Positions 39,142 to 49,068 of a DNA stretch of 64,000 nt are shown piece after piece; position 1 is the first letter of the stretch, and every line of letters starts with the position of its first letter. The stretch comes from an uncultured delta proteobacterium (GTDB lineage: Bacteria; Desulfobacterota_D; UBA1144; Nemesobacterales; UBA2774), in the NCBI GenBank assembly GCA_963752995.1, contig CAVWAZ010000002.1:9446-73445 (forward strand), written 5' to 3'. The notes under the pieces were generated by a model. It worked only from the letters and a program-made list of their open reading frames with translations. It was not told the origin of the DNA and did not search any database. Both the position numbers and the translations under genes were made by a program.

Positions 39142-41525
39142 TCATTTCCCCTCTCTCATCAGAACGGGGGAGGCGGCGAGGGAGTCGATCTGGATTACCC
39201 TTCCGCTCTTACGGTCTATCTGCCCGAACTTGAGCACGCCCGTGGGGCACGACTGGACGCACGCGCTGCACCTGACGCATTCGGGGTCGCTCATCGGGAG
39301 GCCCTTGTTGGCGAAGTTCATTATGTCTATACCCTGGTGGCAGACCGAGGTGCATACGTTGCACGATATGCACTTTTTCTTGTCGGCTAAGATTCTGAAC
39401 CGGCTGAATCTGGAATATATGTGCATCAGCGCGGCGAGCGGGCACATGAACCTGCACCAGACCCTGCCGCTGTACCAGAAATAGAGCCCGTACCCGACGA
39501 TCCCGGCGAGCACGAGGTCGACCACATACTTATAGTTAAGCTCGATGCCGAAAGGCTTCCATCCGTAAAACGCTCCTTCGTAGAATTTGTAGACCGATTG
39601 TCCGAACGCGGAGTTCGGAAACCCCCAGCTCAATACACGGGCTATCAGATATTATGAATGCGATCGCCAGTATTACCTGTCCAACCATGTTGAGCCTGTT
39701 CCACTTTGGCCCCGTGGGGCATCTTGTGACGCTGCGTGTCGCCGAGTGTCTCCGCCATCGCCCCGCAAGAGCATATCCACCCGCAGTACGCCCCTTTGCC
39801 CCAGAAGTAGATAATGAGCGGGATCAGCACGAAGGTCTGGATAACGCTGATAATGAGCCAGGTCCAGAGGGGCTCGCTGCTGAATACGTTCCACACGAAG
39901 AGCGGCCACGCCAGTATGAAGCCGAAGGCCCTCCAGTATTCCCGGCCGTGCCCGTAATTCGCCACGGGAAAGAGGGCGTCGCCGACCGACTTCATGAACC
40001 CCGTGTCGAATAGCCCGTTGTGTCCGAGATACGGGAGGAGTATGTACGGCAGCAGAAATAACGGTATCAGCTGGAACATCGTGAGAGAGAGCGTCTGTAC
40101 GGTAATGTAGGGTGTCTTTCTCCTTCTTATACGGATAATGCCGAAGGTGATGATTATTATCGTATAGAGGAGCGAATAATAAAACCCCGGCTCGCCCAAT
40201 GTTATCGAAAGGGTCCCGACGAGGGTCGATGGGTCGCTCACCATACGTGTGAACGATTCCCCGAAGCTGCTGTACAGTTCCGGGAGGTTGAACGGGAACC
40301 ACTTGTTCGCCTCGAATAGTTTCGTCAGCGCGCCCCCTGCCTTCCAGTTGTAAACGAAAGTCATGAAGAGAAGGAAGAGGACCATTGCCGCGATCGACCT
40401 GGCGCCCATTTCGCCCTTGATGCTCACGCCGCTTCTCCTGAAGAAATCGAGCGGGGCTTCGCGCCCTATCATGGTAAACACCGAATCGTTGGGGATTGTG
40501 ACCTCTTTGCCGTCACGGTCTGCGAGTGTCACATCCGTGTCGCCGATGCTCTTTACGCGGCTCTTCATCATGAGGCTCAGCTTCCCGGGCTTGTGCTCTC
40601 CCGGCATGAAGCCTCCCGTGCTCGTAGTCACGCGCTCGGACGTCGGGGTTTCGACGGAGACGTCCGCCATCGGGTCGGCCATCAGCATCTTTATGTATTC
40701 CACGTTCTCGGGCTTGGGACGGGAGAACTCCTCGTTCCTGTATGAATGGGTTACGTTCCCGCCCGACTTCGCTATCGCTATCGATGTCTCGAGAGCGCTG
40801 TCCCCTCCGCCCACGACGAGTACGTCCCTGCCTTCGAAGTCCTTCGGGTCGTGGAGTCTGTTATATACCTTGTCCTTGTCCTCACCAGGCACGCCCAGCA
40901 TCCTGAAGTTGCCGGAGCGCCCGATGCCCACTATTACCCTGAGCGCCTTGAGGCTCTCTCCGTCGGGAATTACTACTTCGATGAAGCCGCCCCTGTTGAC
41001 GACCTTCTCGACCCTCTGGATTTTAGGCTGTATGCCCCTCCCGAGCGTCTCTTCCTTTATCTCTTCTACGAGGGGCTCTTTTACATCTTTAGTGAACTGG
41101 AGGTCGCCTGCGGGGACCATGTCCGTCGGGTACGTGTATATGTGTTTTCCCTTCGGGAAATTAACGATGGTCGAAAAGGGCTCGGTCGCTTCGAGTATCT
41201 CGAACCTGAGACCGTTTCTTTTCGCTTCGAGCGCGGCGGCCATACCTGAGACGCCGGCCCCGACTATCACGAGGTCGAGTATGCCGCCGTCCCTGAGCGC
41301 CTCACGGCTTTTGAGGAACCCTTCGTCCAGGAGTATGTTCATCACCGCCCTGGCGCCTGAATCGGAGGAGAATTTCAGGAGCGGTATCCCGGTGAGGTCT
41401 CCGGCTATGTAGAGGCCGGGGACGTTCGTCGAGTAGTCCTCTTTTACCTCGGGCAGCTTCTCCACTATTCCCGCCGGCCACTGGGTGTGGAGCCACCTGG
41501 TATATTTTTTTATCAGTCCGAACAT
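39142..41525 (-). pseudogene. FAD/NAD(P) oxidoreductase fused to a NapH/MauN-like membrane 4Fe-4S domain; two frameshifts near 39711 and 39649
   Basis: GAGVSG and GGGDSA dinucleotide folds, 'YCGWICSCG', 'WCRFMCP', CISCNVC..CH and CVRCSAC..CP. Removing two bases gives a 793-aa ORF. Confidence 0.75.
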
Positions 41526-41595
41526 CTCATTTCCTCCGGCGCGCTGAATGCGGTATTTTCATATAAGGTCTTAATTCCCATCCGACATCGATCGT

Positions 41596-41812
41596 CTATT
41601 TCACCTTAGTGGAAATATCGTTCAGCGACCAGTTGTAGTCTGTATATACAATAATATATCCCTGGAGCGGTTCATTTCCGTAATATTTTTTCTGAATATC
41701 CGGAACCGAACTGGATATTGCCGTGAAGTCCTCCCCGTACCATCGGTGCAATATAGCGAATATACGCCCAGGCTGATTAGATGGATCGTTTTTCTGCGAA
41801 GATGCAGGAAGT
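41596..41812 (-). pseudogene. C-terminal remnant of a DUF547-family gene
   Basis: Startless frame reading '...RWYGEDF...IVYTDYNWSLND ISTKVK*', matching the DUF547 WY..DF and YDWSLN C-terminal motifs. Confidence 0.6.
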
Positions 41813-41875
41813 TACGGGATGCTTTCGTGCCCCCTTATTTACGGGGAGAAGCCTGAGTTGATTCGGGATATGGTT

Positions 41876-42649
41876 TTAGAGAGACCCGTAGAGGTACATA
41901 TCGCCTGTCGGCTGGGGCATGCCGCCCGCGGGCTCGAGTGTGACGGCGAACTGCATTGGTTGTGAGGACTCGGGCATCAATTCGATTTCCATCATGCTGT
42001 TCCCCTCTTTATCCACGTCGAATACACCCATGCTGACGGGTTTTCCGCCCTCGATCGCCCAGAGCTGATAGGTCTTGCCTTGTTCGGGCAGAGGGATACT
42101 GGACACGAGAAACAGGCCTTTATTCGTTTCCTTATCCCAGAGCAGCTTTCCCGCCGCCTCCATGTCGGGAATCTTGCTCCCGAGCTCCACCTCGTTGACG
42201 TCGGGGTTCATGACGAACGCCAGCATCTTTTCTTCTTTGACCAGCTTCGCCTGAAGATCGGTCAGGCTCTTCTCCCTTATCTTGAGCTCGTCCCTCAGGG
42301 ATATGTTCGTAACGACGAGGAAGATTATTATCGCGAGAGAGACAGCAGTCCCGAGGTTAAGCCACACGGGGCTCAGGTTCCTCCAGAAATCGAAGATAGA
42401 CGAGCGTCCCCGGGCCGGTTCCCTGACCCCGAGCCTGTCGAGTATCTTCTTCTCGAGGTCTTTCGGCAGGGGCGCGTCCTCGAGGCAGAGCGGCAGGTTC
42501 GTAAATACCGTGTCGCTGTCCCTGAGCATGCCCTCGCATATCTCGCACCCTTCCGCGAGGTGCCCTTCCAACTCTCTCAGCTCCCCTCCTTCGAGCAGCC
42601 CGAGCGAGTAGAGAGCTATCTGGTCTTCGTACTCCGCTTTATGCGCCAT
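41876..42649 (-). CDS. RskA-family anti-sigma factor with ZAS-like N-terminus
   Basis: 'YSLGLL..E...LEGHL..C..C', one TM helix, 'GKTYQLW', 'FAVTLEPAGG.PQPTG'. Confidence 0.88.
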   Translation of the reverse strand: MAHKAEYEDQIALYSLGLLEGGELRELEGHLAEGCEICEGMLRDSDTVFTNLPLCLEDAPLPKDLEKKILDRLGVREPARGRSSIFDFWRNLSPVWLNLGTAVSLAIIIFLVVTNISLRDELKIREKSLTDLQAKLVKEEKMLAFVMNPDVNEVELGSKIPDMEAAGKLLWDKETNKGLFLVSSIPLPEQGKTYQLWAIEGGKPVSMGVFDVDKEGNSMMEIELMPESSQPMQFAVTLEPAGGMPQPTGDMYLYGSL

Positions 42650-43222
42650 TTATAGCAAGTCCCCGACATACGGTGAAATTTTTTCTTTCAGCTTCAATAC
42701 GCCCAGCCTGATCCGTGTTTTGATCGTCCCGACCGGTTCGTTAAGCCTTTCTGCGGCCTCGATATGCGTCAGCCCCTCGAAAAATACCATCTCGATCGCG
42801 ATCCTCTGATTGTCCGGGAGAGAGTCGAGGGCCTCCCTGATTATCTTCCTGCTCTCCTCCCTGTCCTCTATTATACGAGAGAAATCGGATTTTGAGTTCA
42901 CTCTCTCTTCGTTGAGCTCTGTGGTTTGTTCCCTGTAACCGAGTGTCCTCAGCTTGTCTATCGATCTGCTCCTCGCGATGTTCACTATCCAGGTCGATAT
43001 GGCCCCCCTATCGGAATCGTACGTGTCCGCTTTATTCCATACCTGCAGGAATATTTCCTGGACGACCTCTTCCGCTTCCTCCCTGCTCCTCAGCATCCTT
43101 AGCGCGAGGTTAAACACGATCTGTGAATAACGGGCGTAGATCTCCTTGAAAGCGGATTTGTCCCCTTTCCTCAAGCGGTCTATCAACTCCTGGTCTGCGC
43201 TTCGGGCTGAACCTTTGTCCAT
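42650..43222 (-). CDS. ECF sigma factor (SigK-like)
   Basis: 'AEEVVQEIFLQVW', 'IARSRSID', 'P.GTIKTRIR'. Start placed at MDKG because a TTGACA-16-TACAAT promoter overlaps the upstream ATGs. Confidence 0.9.
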   Translation of the reverse strand: MDKGSARSADQELIDRLRKGDKSAFKEIYARYSQIVFNLALRMLRSREEAEEVVQEIFLQVWNKADTYDSDRGAISTWIVNIARSRSIDKLRTLGYREQTTELNEERVNSKSDFSRIIEDREESRKIIREALDSLPDNQRIAIEMVFFEGLTHIEAAERLNEPVGTIKTRIRLGVLKLKEKISPYVGDLL

Positions 43223-43679
43223 GATGGCAAAAGCTTTAGGCTTTTGAACCATTGTATTTAATTCAGTGTTCTTGTCAATCGATGGTGGTGATCCCGGGTT
43301 CATACGTGATACACCGGCGTTTTTATTAATGTTCTGCTTTAGAACCGAATTCCGGCGCTCCTCTTAAATCATATTACGGTACTCGTGCCCGATCGGAGCA
43401 CACGCATGTCACGCTTGCCCGTTATTCAGCAGAGCGCCAAAACGCCTTAACGGTTGAATATACGCGGTCCCGGTCTATACGGTTTCATAATACCTCGCGG
43501 ATACTAAAATCACTTTCCCTGAATTCCGGTTCCCGGGCCCCTGGCGGCTTTGACGAAAAGCCTTACGACCCCGCACCCTTGCCGCGATTAGTAAGCCGGA
43601 GGGATTATTTATTTTCCTTGCGTATGGGTTATTGCTGGCTATATTATTTCTATCCGTTAAGAGTGTCCAGGAGGCGTTT

Positions 43680-45224
43680 ATGAACCGGTCGTTCGCACTA
43701 CTGATTATCGTCCCGTTATTGATTGCCGTGGTTAGTCTCGGGTGCAAAAGACCCGATGAAGCCGGGGTTTCCGACAAGAGCCCCGAGAAGGCGGAGCTGT
43801 CCGAAAAGCCGGCCGCGCCTCAAGAAGAACCGAGTGACGCCGGTGCGGTTAAGGAGACCGTAAGGGATATAAGGACACACGAATTCCCCTCGTTCGCCGA
43901 CCTCGTCGAGAACCTCAAGCCTTCTGTTGTCAATATCAGCACGACGAGCGTCGTTAAGCCCAGGGGGTTCAGGGAACGCCAGCCGAGGTCCCCGTACGGT
44001 GAAAACGACCCGTTCGAGGAGTTTTTTAGAAAATTCTTCGAAGGCGCTCCCCAGCACGAGTACAAGCGTCAGGGCTTGGGCTCAGGGTTCATCATCAGCG
44101 AAGACGGCTATGTGGTCACTAACTACCACGTAGTTGAAAAAGCGGTGGACATAAGCGTGATACTCGAGAACGGGGACAAATACGAGGGGGAGGTCATAGG
44201 GAAAGACCCCAAGACCGACCTGGCGGTGGTCAAATTCGAACCGAAAGGGAAGCTCCAGGCTGTAAGCTTCGGGAATTCGGACGACCTCAGGATAGGCGAC
44301 TGGGTTCTGGCCATAGGGAACCCGTTCGGGCTCGGATATACGGTCACGGCCGGTATAGTAAGCGCGAAGGGGCGCTCGCTCGGTCTCGGCGCTTATGATG
44401 ATTTTATACAGACGGATGCCTCCTTGAACCCCGGGAACAGCGGGGGACCGCTCTTTAATCTGAACGGAGAGGTCGTGGGCGTGAACACCGCAATAGTAGC
44501 TCAGGGACAGGGGATCGGGTTTGCGATTCCCATAAAGATGGCAGAGTTCGTAATCGGCCAGCTCAAGGGGGGCGGTAAAGTGGTCCGCGGATGGCTCGGT
44601 GTTTACGTGCAGGAGCTCACTCCCGAGATCGCCTCGGGGCTGAACTTGAAAGAGGACGACGGGGTGCTCGTCAGCGACGTAACTCCGGGGAGCCCGGCGG
44701 ATAAAGCCGGGATAACTAGGGGAGACGTGGTCGTGGAATTCGAAGGCAAAAAGGTGGACGACGTGTCCGACCTCACTACCATGGCGGCTGTTGCCGAGCC
44801 CGGTACCGAGGTCAATATTAAATTTATACACGACGGGAAACCGAAGGACGTAACCGTAAAGCTTACGGAGGCTCCCGACGAGGAAGTTCCCGTCGAGGTA
44901 GAGGAGAAGGCGGAAGAGCACCTTGGCCTCAGCGTGAAGGAGATCAACCCGCAGATCGCCCAGAGGTTCAATCTGGAGGTGGATAAGGGAGTGATCATAT
45001 CTGAAGTCGCAGACGGGAGCCCGGCTGAGGACGCGGGGCTCAGACCCGGCGATATAATTCTCGAGATCGATAAGAAAGGAATCACCGACCTGAAACAGTA
45101 CGCTCAGGCGGTCTCAAATGCGAAACCCGGCAGCACGATACTGATCCTGGTAAAGAGGGCCGATACTACTGTCTATGCTGCGCTCAGGGTCGAAAGCGGC
45201 AAGGAAGAGAGAAAATCCAACTGA
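43680..45224 (+). CDS. degP: DegP/DegQ (HtrA) serine protease with two PDZ domains
   Basis: Catalytic triad TNYHV / KTDLA / GNSGG; lipobox-like 'SLGC'. Confidence 0.92.
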   Translation: MNRSFALLIIVPLLIAVVSLGCKRPDEAGVSDKSPEKAELSEKPAAPQEEPSDAGAVKETVRDIRTHEFPSFADLVENLKPSVVNISTTSVVKPRGFRERQPRSPYGENDPFEEFFRKFFEGAPQHEYKRQGLGSGFIISEDGYVVTNYHVVEKAVDISVILENGDKYEGEVIGKDPKTDLAVVKFEPKGKLQAVSFGNSDDLRIGDWVLAIGNPFGLGYTVTAGIVSAKGRSLGLGAYDDFIQTDASLNPGNSGGPLFNLNGEVVGVNTAIVAQGQGIGFAIPIKMAEFVIGQLKGGGKVVRGWLGVYVQELTPEIASGLNLKEDDGVLVSDVTPGSPADKAGITRGDVVVEFEGKKVDDVSDLTTMAAVAEPGTEVNIKFIHDGKPKDVTVKLTEAPDEEVPVEVEEKAEEHLGLSVKEINPQIAQRFNLEVDKGVIISEVADGSPAEDAGLRPGDIILEIDKKGITDLKQYAQAVSNAKPGSTILILVKRADTTVYAALRVESGKEERKSN

Positions 45225-45292
45225 AACGAAATTGTCCGGGCATTTAATTCAGGCACGCCGGGGAATCCGACGGCAGCGGCTTCCCGGGTCCG

Positions 45293-45395
45293 TTATCACC
45301 ACAGCTTAAGGAGCGGGCCGTATTCGTTTCTTGAAACCGAGTCCGGCTTCGCGGGGGGATGAAGATTACTTTTACTTCCCCGGCTGTGGTGATAA
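45293..45395. repeat. Perfect 13-bp inverted repeat with 77-bp spacer
   Basis: TTATCACCACAGC (45293-45305) / GCTGTGGTGATAA (45383-45395). Confidence 0.85.
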
Positions 45396-45437
45396 GCTTA
45401 CTCTCGACAGCATTGCAAATGAGGAGGACTGGGCCTG

Positions 45438-46751
45438 ATGCCGGATACCGTTACTACTAACCGTGTGCTTATTCTGGGCGGAGGATTTGCCGGACTCGAG
45501 GTCGCCCAGAACCTCGAAAAGATCTTCAAGCAGAGGGACGACGTCGATATAACCCTCGTCAACCAGAACAACTATCTCATCTTCACATCGATGCTCGCCG
45601 AGGTGGTATCGAGCAGTATCGAAGCCAAGAACATCGTCATTCCCCTCAGGGAGTGTCTGAATAAAGCCGGGTTTAAGGAGCTCATCGCCGACTCCATAGA
45701 CCTCGATAAAAAAACTGTCTCGTGCCACCGCCCGGACAATAACGAAAATTTCACGCTCGGATACGACTACCTCGTTCTGGCCATGGGGTCCATTACCGGG
45801 TTCCACGGGGTCGAAGGGGCGGGGGAGTATTCATTCTCTCTCAAGAACCTCGCCGACGCGATGGAGTTGAGGAGTCATGTGATAGACATGTTCGAGATGG
45901 CCGACTTGGAAGGGGACCACGACGTAAGGAGGAGGCTCCTCACGTTCGCGGTCGTGGGCGGGGGCTATACGGGCATTGAAGTCGCGGCCGAGCTTAACGA
46001 TTACGTGGACGCGAGCAGGAGGTTCTACAAGAACGTCAAATCGGACGAGGTCAAGGTCATCGTCATCGATCCCGGTGACCGGATCATGCACGAGATGAGC
46101 GAAGGGCTCGCAGAGTACGGGACGGCGCTCCTCAAGAAAAGGGGGATGGAATTCCGCCTCAACACGAGGATATCCAAAGTCACTCCGGGTTCTGTGGAGA
46201 CCGCGGACGGGGGAAAGATCGAAACACACACTGCAATCTGGGCTGCGGGCACATCGCCTCAGCCTGTTATCGCCGCGCTCCCCTGTGCGGACAAGAAAGG
46301 GAGGATAGAGGTAAACGATTATATGGAAGTCCCCGGATTCCCGGGCGTCTGGGCGCTCGGTGACTGCGCGGTAATTCCCGACCCTCACACCGGCAAACCG
46401 TATCCGCCGACGGCTCAGCACGCGACCCGGGAGGGTAAGCGCACCGCTCATAACGTCGCGGCAGCGATCAACGGAAAAGAGGGGGACAGGAGGCCGTTTA
46501 TATACCAGACACAGGGCATGCTCGCCCCGCTCGGACGCAGGTCCGCTGTCGCCGAGATAAAGGGTCTTAGGTTCTCCGGGTTTTTCGCGTGGGTGCTCTG
46601 GCGCTGTATCTATCTGGGCAAGCTGCCGGGATGGGACAGGAAGATAAGGGTCGCGATAGACTGGTTCCTCGACATATTCCTTCCGAAGGACATAGTACAG
46701 CTCAAATTCCTGATGAGGGTGCGTGAGACCGGCGCGCCCGGCAAGGACTGA
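45438..46751 (+). CDS. ndh: Type II NADH:quinone oxidoreductase
   Basis: GGGFAG, GGGYTG.E.AAE, 'WAAG', 'GDCA', 'PPTAQHA'. Confidence 0.88.
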   Translation: MPDTVTTNRVLILGGGFAGLEVAQNLEKIFKQRDDVDITLVNQNNYLIFTSMLAEVVSSSIEAKNIVIPLRECLNKAGFKELIADSIDLDKKTVSCHRPDNNENFTLGYDYLVLAMGSITGFHGVEGAGEYSFSLKNLADAMELRSHVIDMFEMADLEGDHDVRRRLLTFAVVGGGYTGIEVAAELNDYVDASRRFYKNVKSDEVKVIVIDPGDRIMHEMSEGLAEYGTALLKKRGMEFRLNTRISKVTPGSVETADGGKIETHTAIWAAGTSPQPVIAALPCADKKGRIEVNDYMEVPGFPGVWALGDCAVIPDPHTGKPYPPTAQHATREGKRTAHNVAAAINGKEGDRRPFIYQTQGMLAPLGRRSAVAEIKGLRFSGFFAWVLWRCIYLGKLPGWDRKIRVAIDWFLDIFLPKDIVQLKFLMRVRETGAPGKD

Positions 46752-48152
46752 TCACTTCTTTTTTCTTGAAGCGAGGAATTCGACGAGGTCGCTCAGCTCC
46801 CGGTTGCTGAGAGTCCCGCCGAAGCCCGGCATGTTGAGCCCCCCGTTCATAATCCTCCACGTCAGCTCGTTCGCGTTAAGCCTGTCGCCGATATATGTAA
46901 GGTCGGGCCCTCTCTGCCCTCCTTGCCCCGATATGGTGTGGCAGTAGAGGCAGCCTTTGTCGTTGAAATCCATCCCCCCCCGCCAAAGGGGTCCGCTGTC
47001 GGTTCCTATTATCTCCGCGGTAAGGGGCTTCGCGTCGAAGTTGGGAGACCACGGGGACGTTATGCCTATGGCCCACAGCCCCGATATACTCGCGATTGTG
47101 AGCGCCACGATGGCGACAGCCCACGGACGGCGGAGCGGGCTCCTCTCTCCTCTGTTCGAGATGAACGGGAGGCAGAAAAGCAGGAGTCCCACCAGGAGCG
47201 GCCCAAAGACCATCAGATACGTTTCGATTTCGGGCGGCATGAGCGCCAGGAACGCGAAATAGAATACGAAGTACCAGTCTGGCACCGGGAGCGCGTGGAT
47301 GTCGGACGGGTTGGGGGGAGGCCCAAGCTCCGGGGGCCCTATTACGATTGCTATCACCAGTATCGTGCATATGACTATGAAGCCGAAGACCATGTCCTTC
47401 CAGGCGGCGTCGGGCCAGAAGGGGATGCCTTTACTCTTAACCATCGCTTCATATTTTTCTCTGTAGTTTGCCGGGTCGACCGGGTCTCCCGCTCTCGGGA
47501 ACTCGGAGATCCCGTTCTTGATCACGAGGTAGAGGTGAAATCCTATGAATACGAAAAGGAGCGCCGGTATGAGGAATACGTGGTAGGCGAACATGCGGCT
47601 GAGGGTCGTGCCCCCGACCGTGTCGCCTCCTAGTATGAAGTCGGCGATCCATCCTCCGAGGAGAGGCACGCGCCCCGCCTGCTCCGCGGCCACTATGGTC
47701 GACCACACGGCTGTCTGGTCCCACCTCACCACCTGCCCCGTGAACCCCATTACTATAGTGAGCGCCAGGAGGACGACGCCCGATATCCAGTTCATTTCCC
47801 TCGGGAACTTGTAAGCCGCAGTGAGATAGACCTGTATCATATGTATGCCTACGAGGAGTATCATCGCCGAAGCGCCCCAGTTGTGCATGCCCCTTACTAT
47901 CCTTCCGAAGGTCGTCTGAGTCGTAATAAACTGAAGGCTCTGGTACGCCTCGCTCGAGGAGGGGACGTATATGAATGCGAGCGTCACACCCGTAGCCACC
48001 TGGAGAATGAAGGTGAATAGCGTGGCGCTCCCGAATACGTAGAACCACGTCGCGGTGTTAGGGGGGACGGCGTGTTTGGCTATCGGTCCTATCGCGCCCG
48101 AGAGGCCGGTGCGGTCGTCAAACCAGAGCCATGCGCGTTTGAGGAAATTCAT
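46752..48152 (-). CDS. qcrB: Cytochrome b (b + subunit IV) fused to C-terminal cytochrome c
   Basis: Heme b His in 'RGMHNW..GIHM' and 'AYHV..GFHL', PDWY Qo motif, CxxCH 'CLYCH' with distal 'MPGF'. Confidence 0.9.
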   Translation of the reverse strand: MNFLKRAWLWFDDRTGLSGAIGPIAKHAVPPNTATWFYVFGSATLFTFILQVATGVTLAFIYVPSSSEAYQSLQFITTQTTFGRIVRGMHNWGASAMILLVGIHMIQVYLTAAYKFPREMNWISGVVLLALTIVMGFTGQVVRWDQTAVWSTIVAAEQAGRVPLLGGWIADFILGGDTVGGTTLSRMFAYHVFLIPALLFVFIGFHLYLVIKNGISEFPRAGDPVDPANYREKYEAMVKSKGIPFWPDAAWKDMVFGFIVICTILVIAIVIGPPELGPPPNPSDIHALPVPDWYFVFYFAFLALMPPEIETYLMVFGPLLVGLLLFCLPFISNRGERSPLRRPWAVAIVALTIASISGLWAIGITSPWSPNFDAKPLTAEIIGTDSGPLWRGGMDFNDKGCLYCHTISGQGGQRGPDLTYIGDRLNANELTWRIMNGGLNMPGFGGTLSNRELSDLVEFLASRKKK

Positions 48153-48201
48153 CTGCAGTACCCCGTATTCAGGTTTATTCTCGTCGTGAATTTAATGTTT
48201 T

Positions 48202-48711
48202 TCATACGGTCGTTATCGGTATGGGGCTTGCCAGCAATTCGACCTGTCCGTTATTTACCCTCACCGGGTACTGATAGAGGCCTCTCGGCGGCGGCCCCGC
48301 GGCGACGGAACCGTCTTCGTAATATACCCCGCCGTGACAGGGGCACATGAAGAGCTTCGCTCCCTCTATCCATCTTACCGGGCAGCCCAGGTGCGCGCAG
48401 TTAACGGAAAAAGCGATGAATTTATCCTCGCTCTCCCTCCTGAGCCATGCCGCCGACTGCGCCGTCACCCCCGCCCACGGCAGCGGAGAAGTGTTCACGT
48501 AGTCGACCTTCACGTAGTCTCCTCCGACCTTGAAGCTGTCAACCGCGCCAACCACTCTCCATTCGGGCTTGGGCTTCTTTATTATAGGGGCGAGTATCGA
48601 GCCCACTATAGGGATACCCACGAGTACCGCGGCTATGCTCCCTAAAGCGATGCTCACGTGCATGAAGAACTGTCTTCTTGTGCAGTCACCCGTTCCAGTC
48701 TTTTCGCTCAT
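48202..48711 (-). CDS. qcrA: Rieske 2Fe-2S protein
   Basis: Tat motif TRRQFF; CAHLGC and CPCHGG boxes. Confidence 0.93.
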   Translation of the reverse strand: MSEKTGTGDCTRRQFFMHVSIALGSIAAVLVGIPIVGSILAPIIKKPKPEWRVVGAVDSFKVGGDYVKVDYVNTSPLPWAGVTAQSAAWLRRESEDKFIAFSVNCAHLGCPVRWIEGAKLFMCPCHGGVYYEDGSVAAGPPPRGLYQYPVRVNNGQVELLASPIPITTV

Positions 48712-48943
48712 GTCTCATGTCTCCTATCCATCCTGCAAGCGCTCCTATGAAGAGCACGAGTCCTATGAAGAAAATTATGACGATCGTGCTCACGACCTGG
48801 TTGAAACCGACGGCGAGCCCCCAGAGCATAAAAGTGATGCCGAGCGCCATGATCGCGGGCCAGTAACCCGGGGACGGCAGCTTCTCAGGAAGGGGCCTGT
48901 GCCAGCCGGGGGGGATGCCTCTCTTTAACGCTTCCGCCTCCAT
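48686..48943 (-). CDS. Small 2-TM subunit, cytochrome c oxidase subunit IV/IIIa-like (true start possibly 49034 with a frameshift in G7 at 48908-48914)
   Basis: 'LPSP.YWP...ALG' plus two TM helices; position inside the oxidase operon. Confidence 0.6.
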   Translation of the reverse strand: MEAEALKRGIPPGWHRPLPEKLPSPGYWPAIMALGITFMLWGLAVGFNQVVSTIVIIFFIGLVLFIGALAGWIGDMRHERKDWNG

Positions 48944-49068
48944 GGCCTGAAAATCTATTGTCCCGCCCGATAGTCCCGTAATCGACGGCGGGCGAAGCCG
49001 ATCCCGGCGCCTGAAACTCGTTTCCCGTGCTCATTCCCTCTCCTCCGCCTCTTTATGTTTTAGTTCAG

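Noticed and set aside
40363-41412. Long antisense/alternate-frame ORFs (also 35541-36542, 44082-44921, 50563-51738 and others)
   Set aside because: Shadow frames of well-supported GC-rich genes, with no recognisable motifs.
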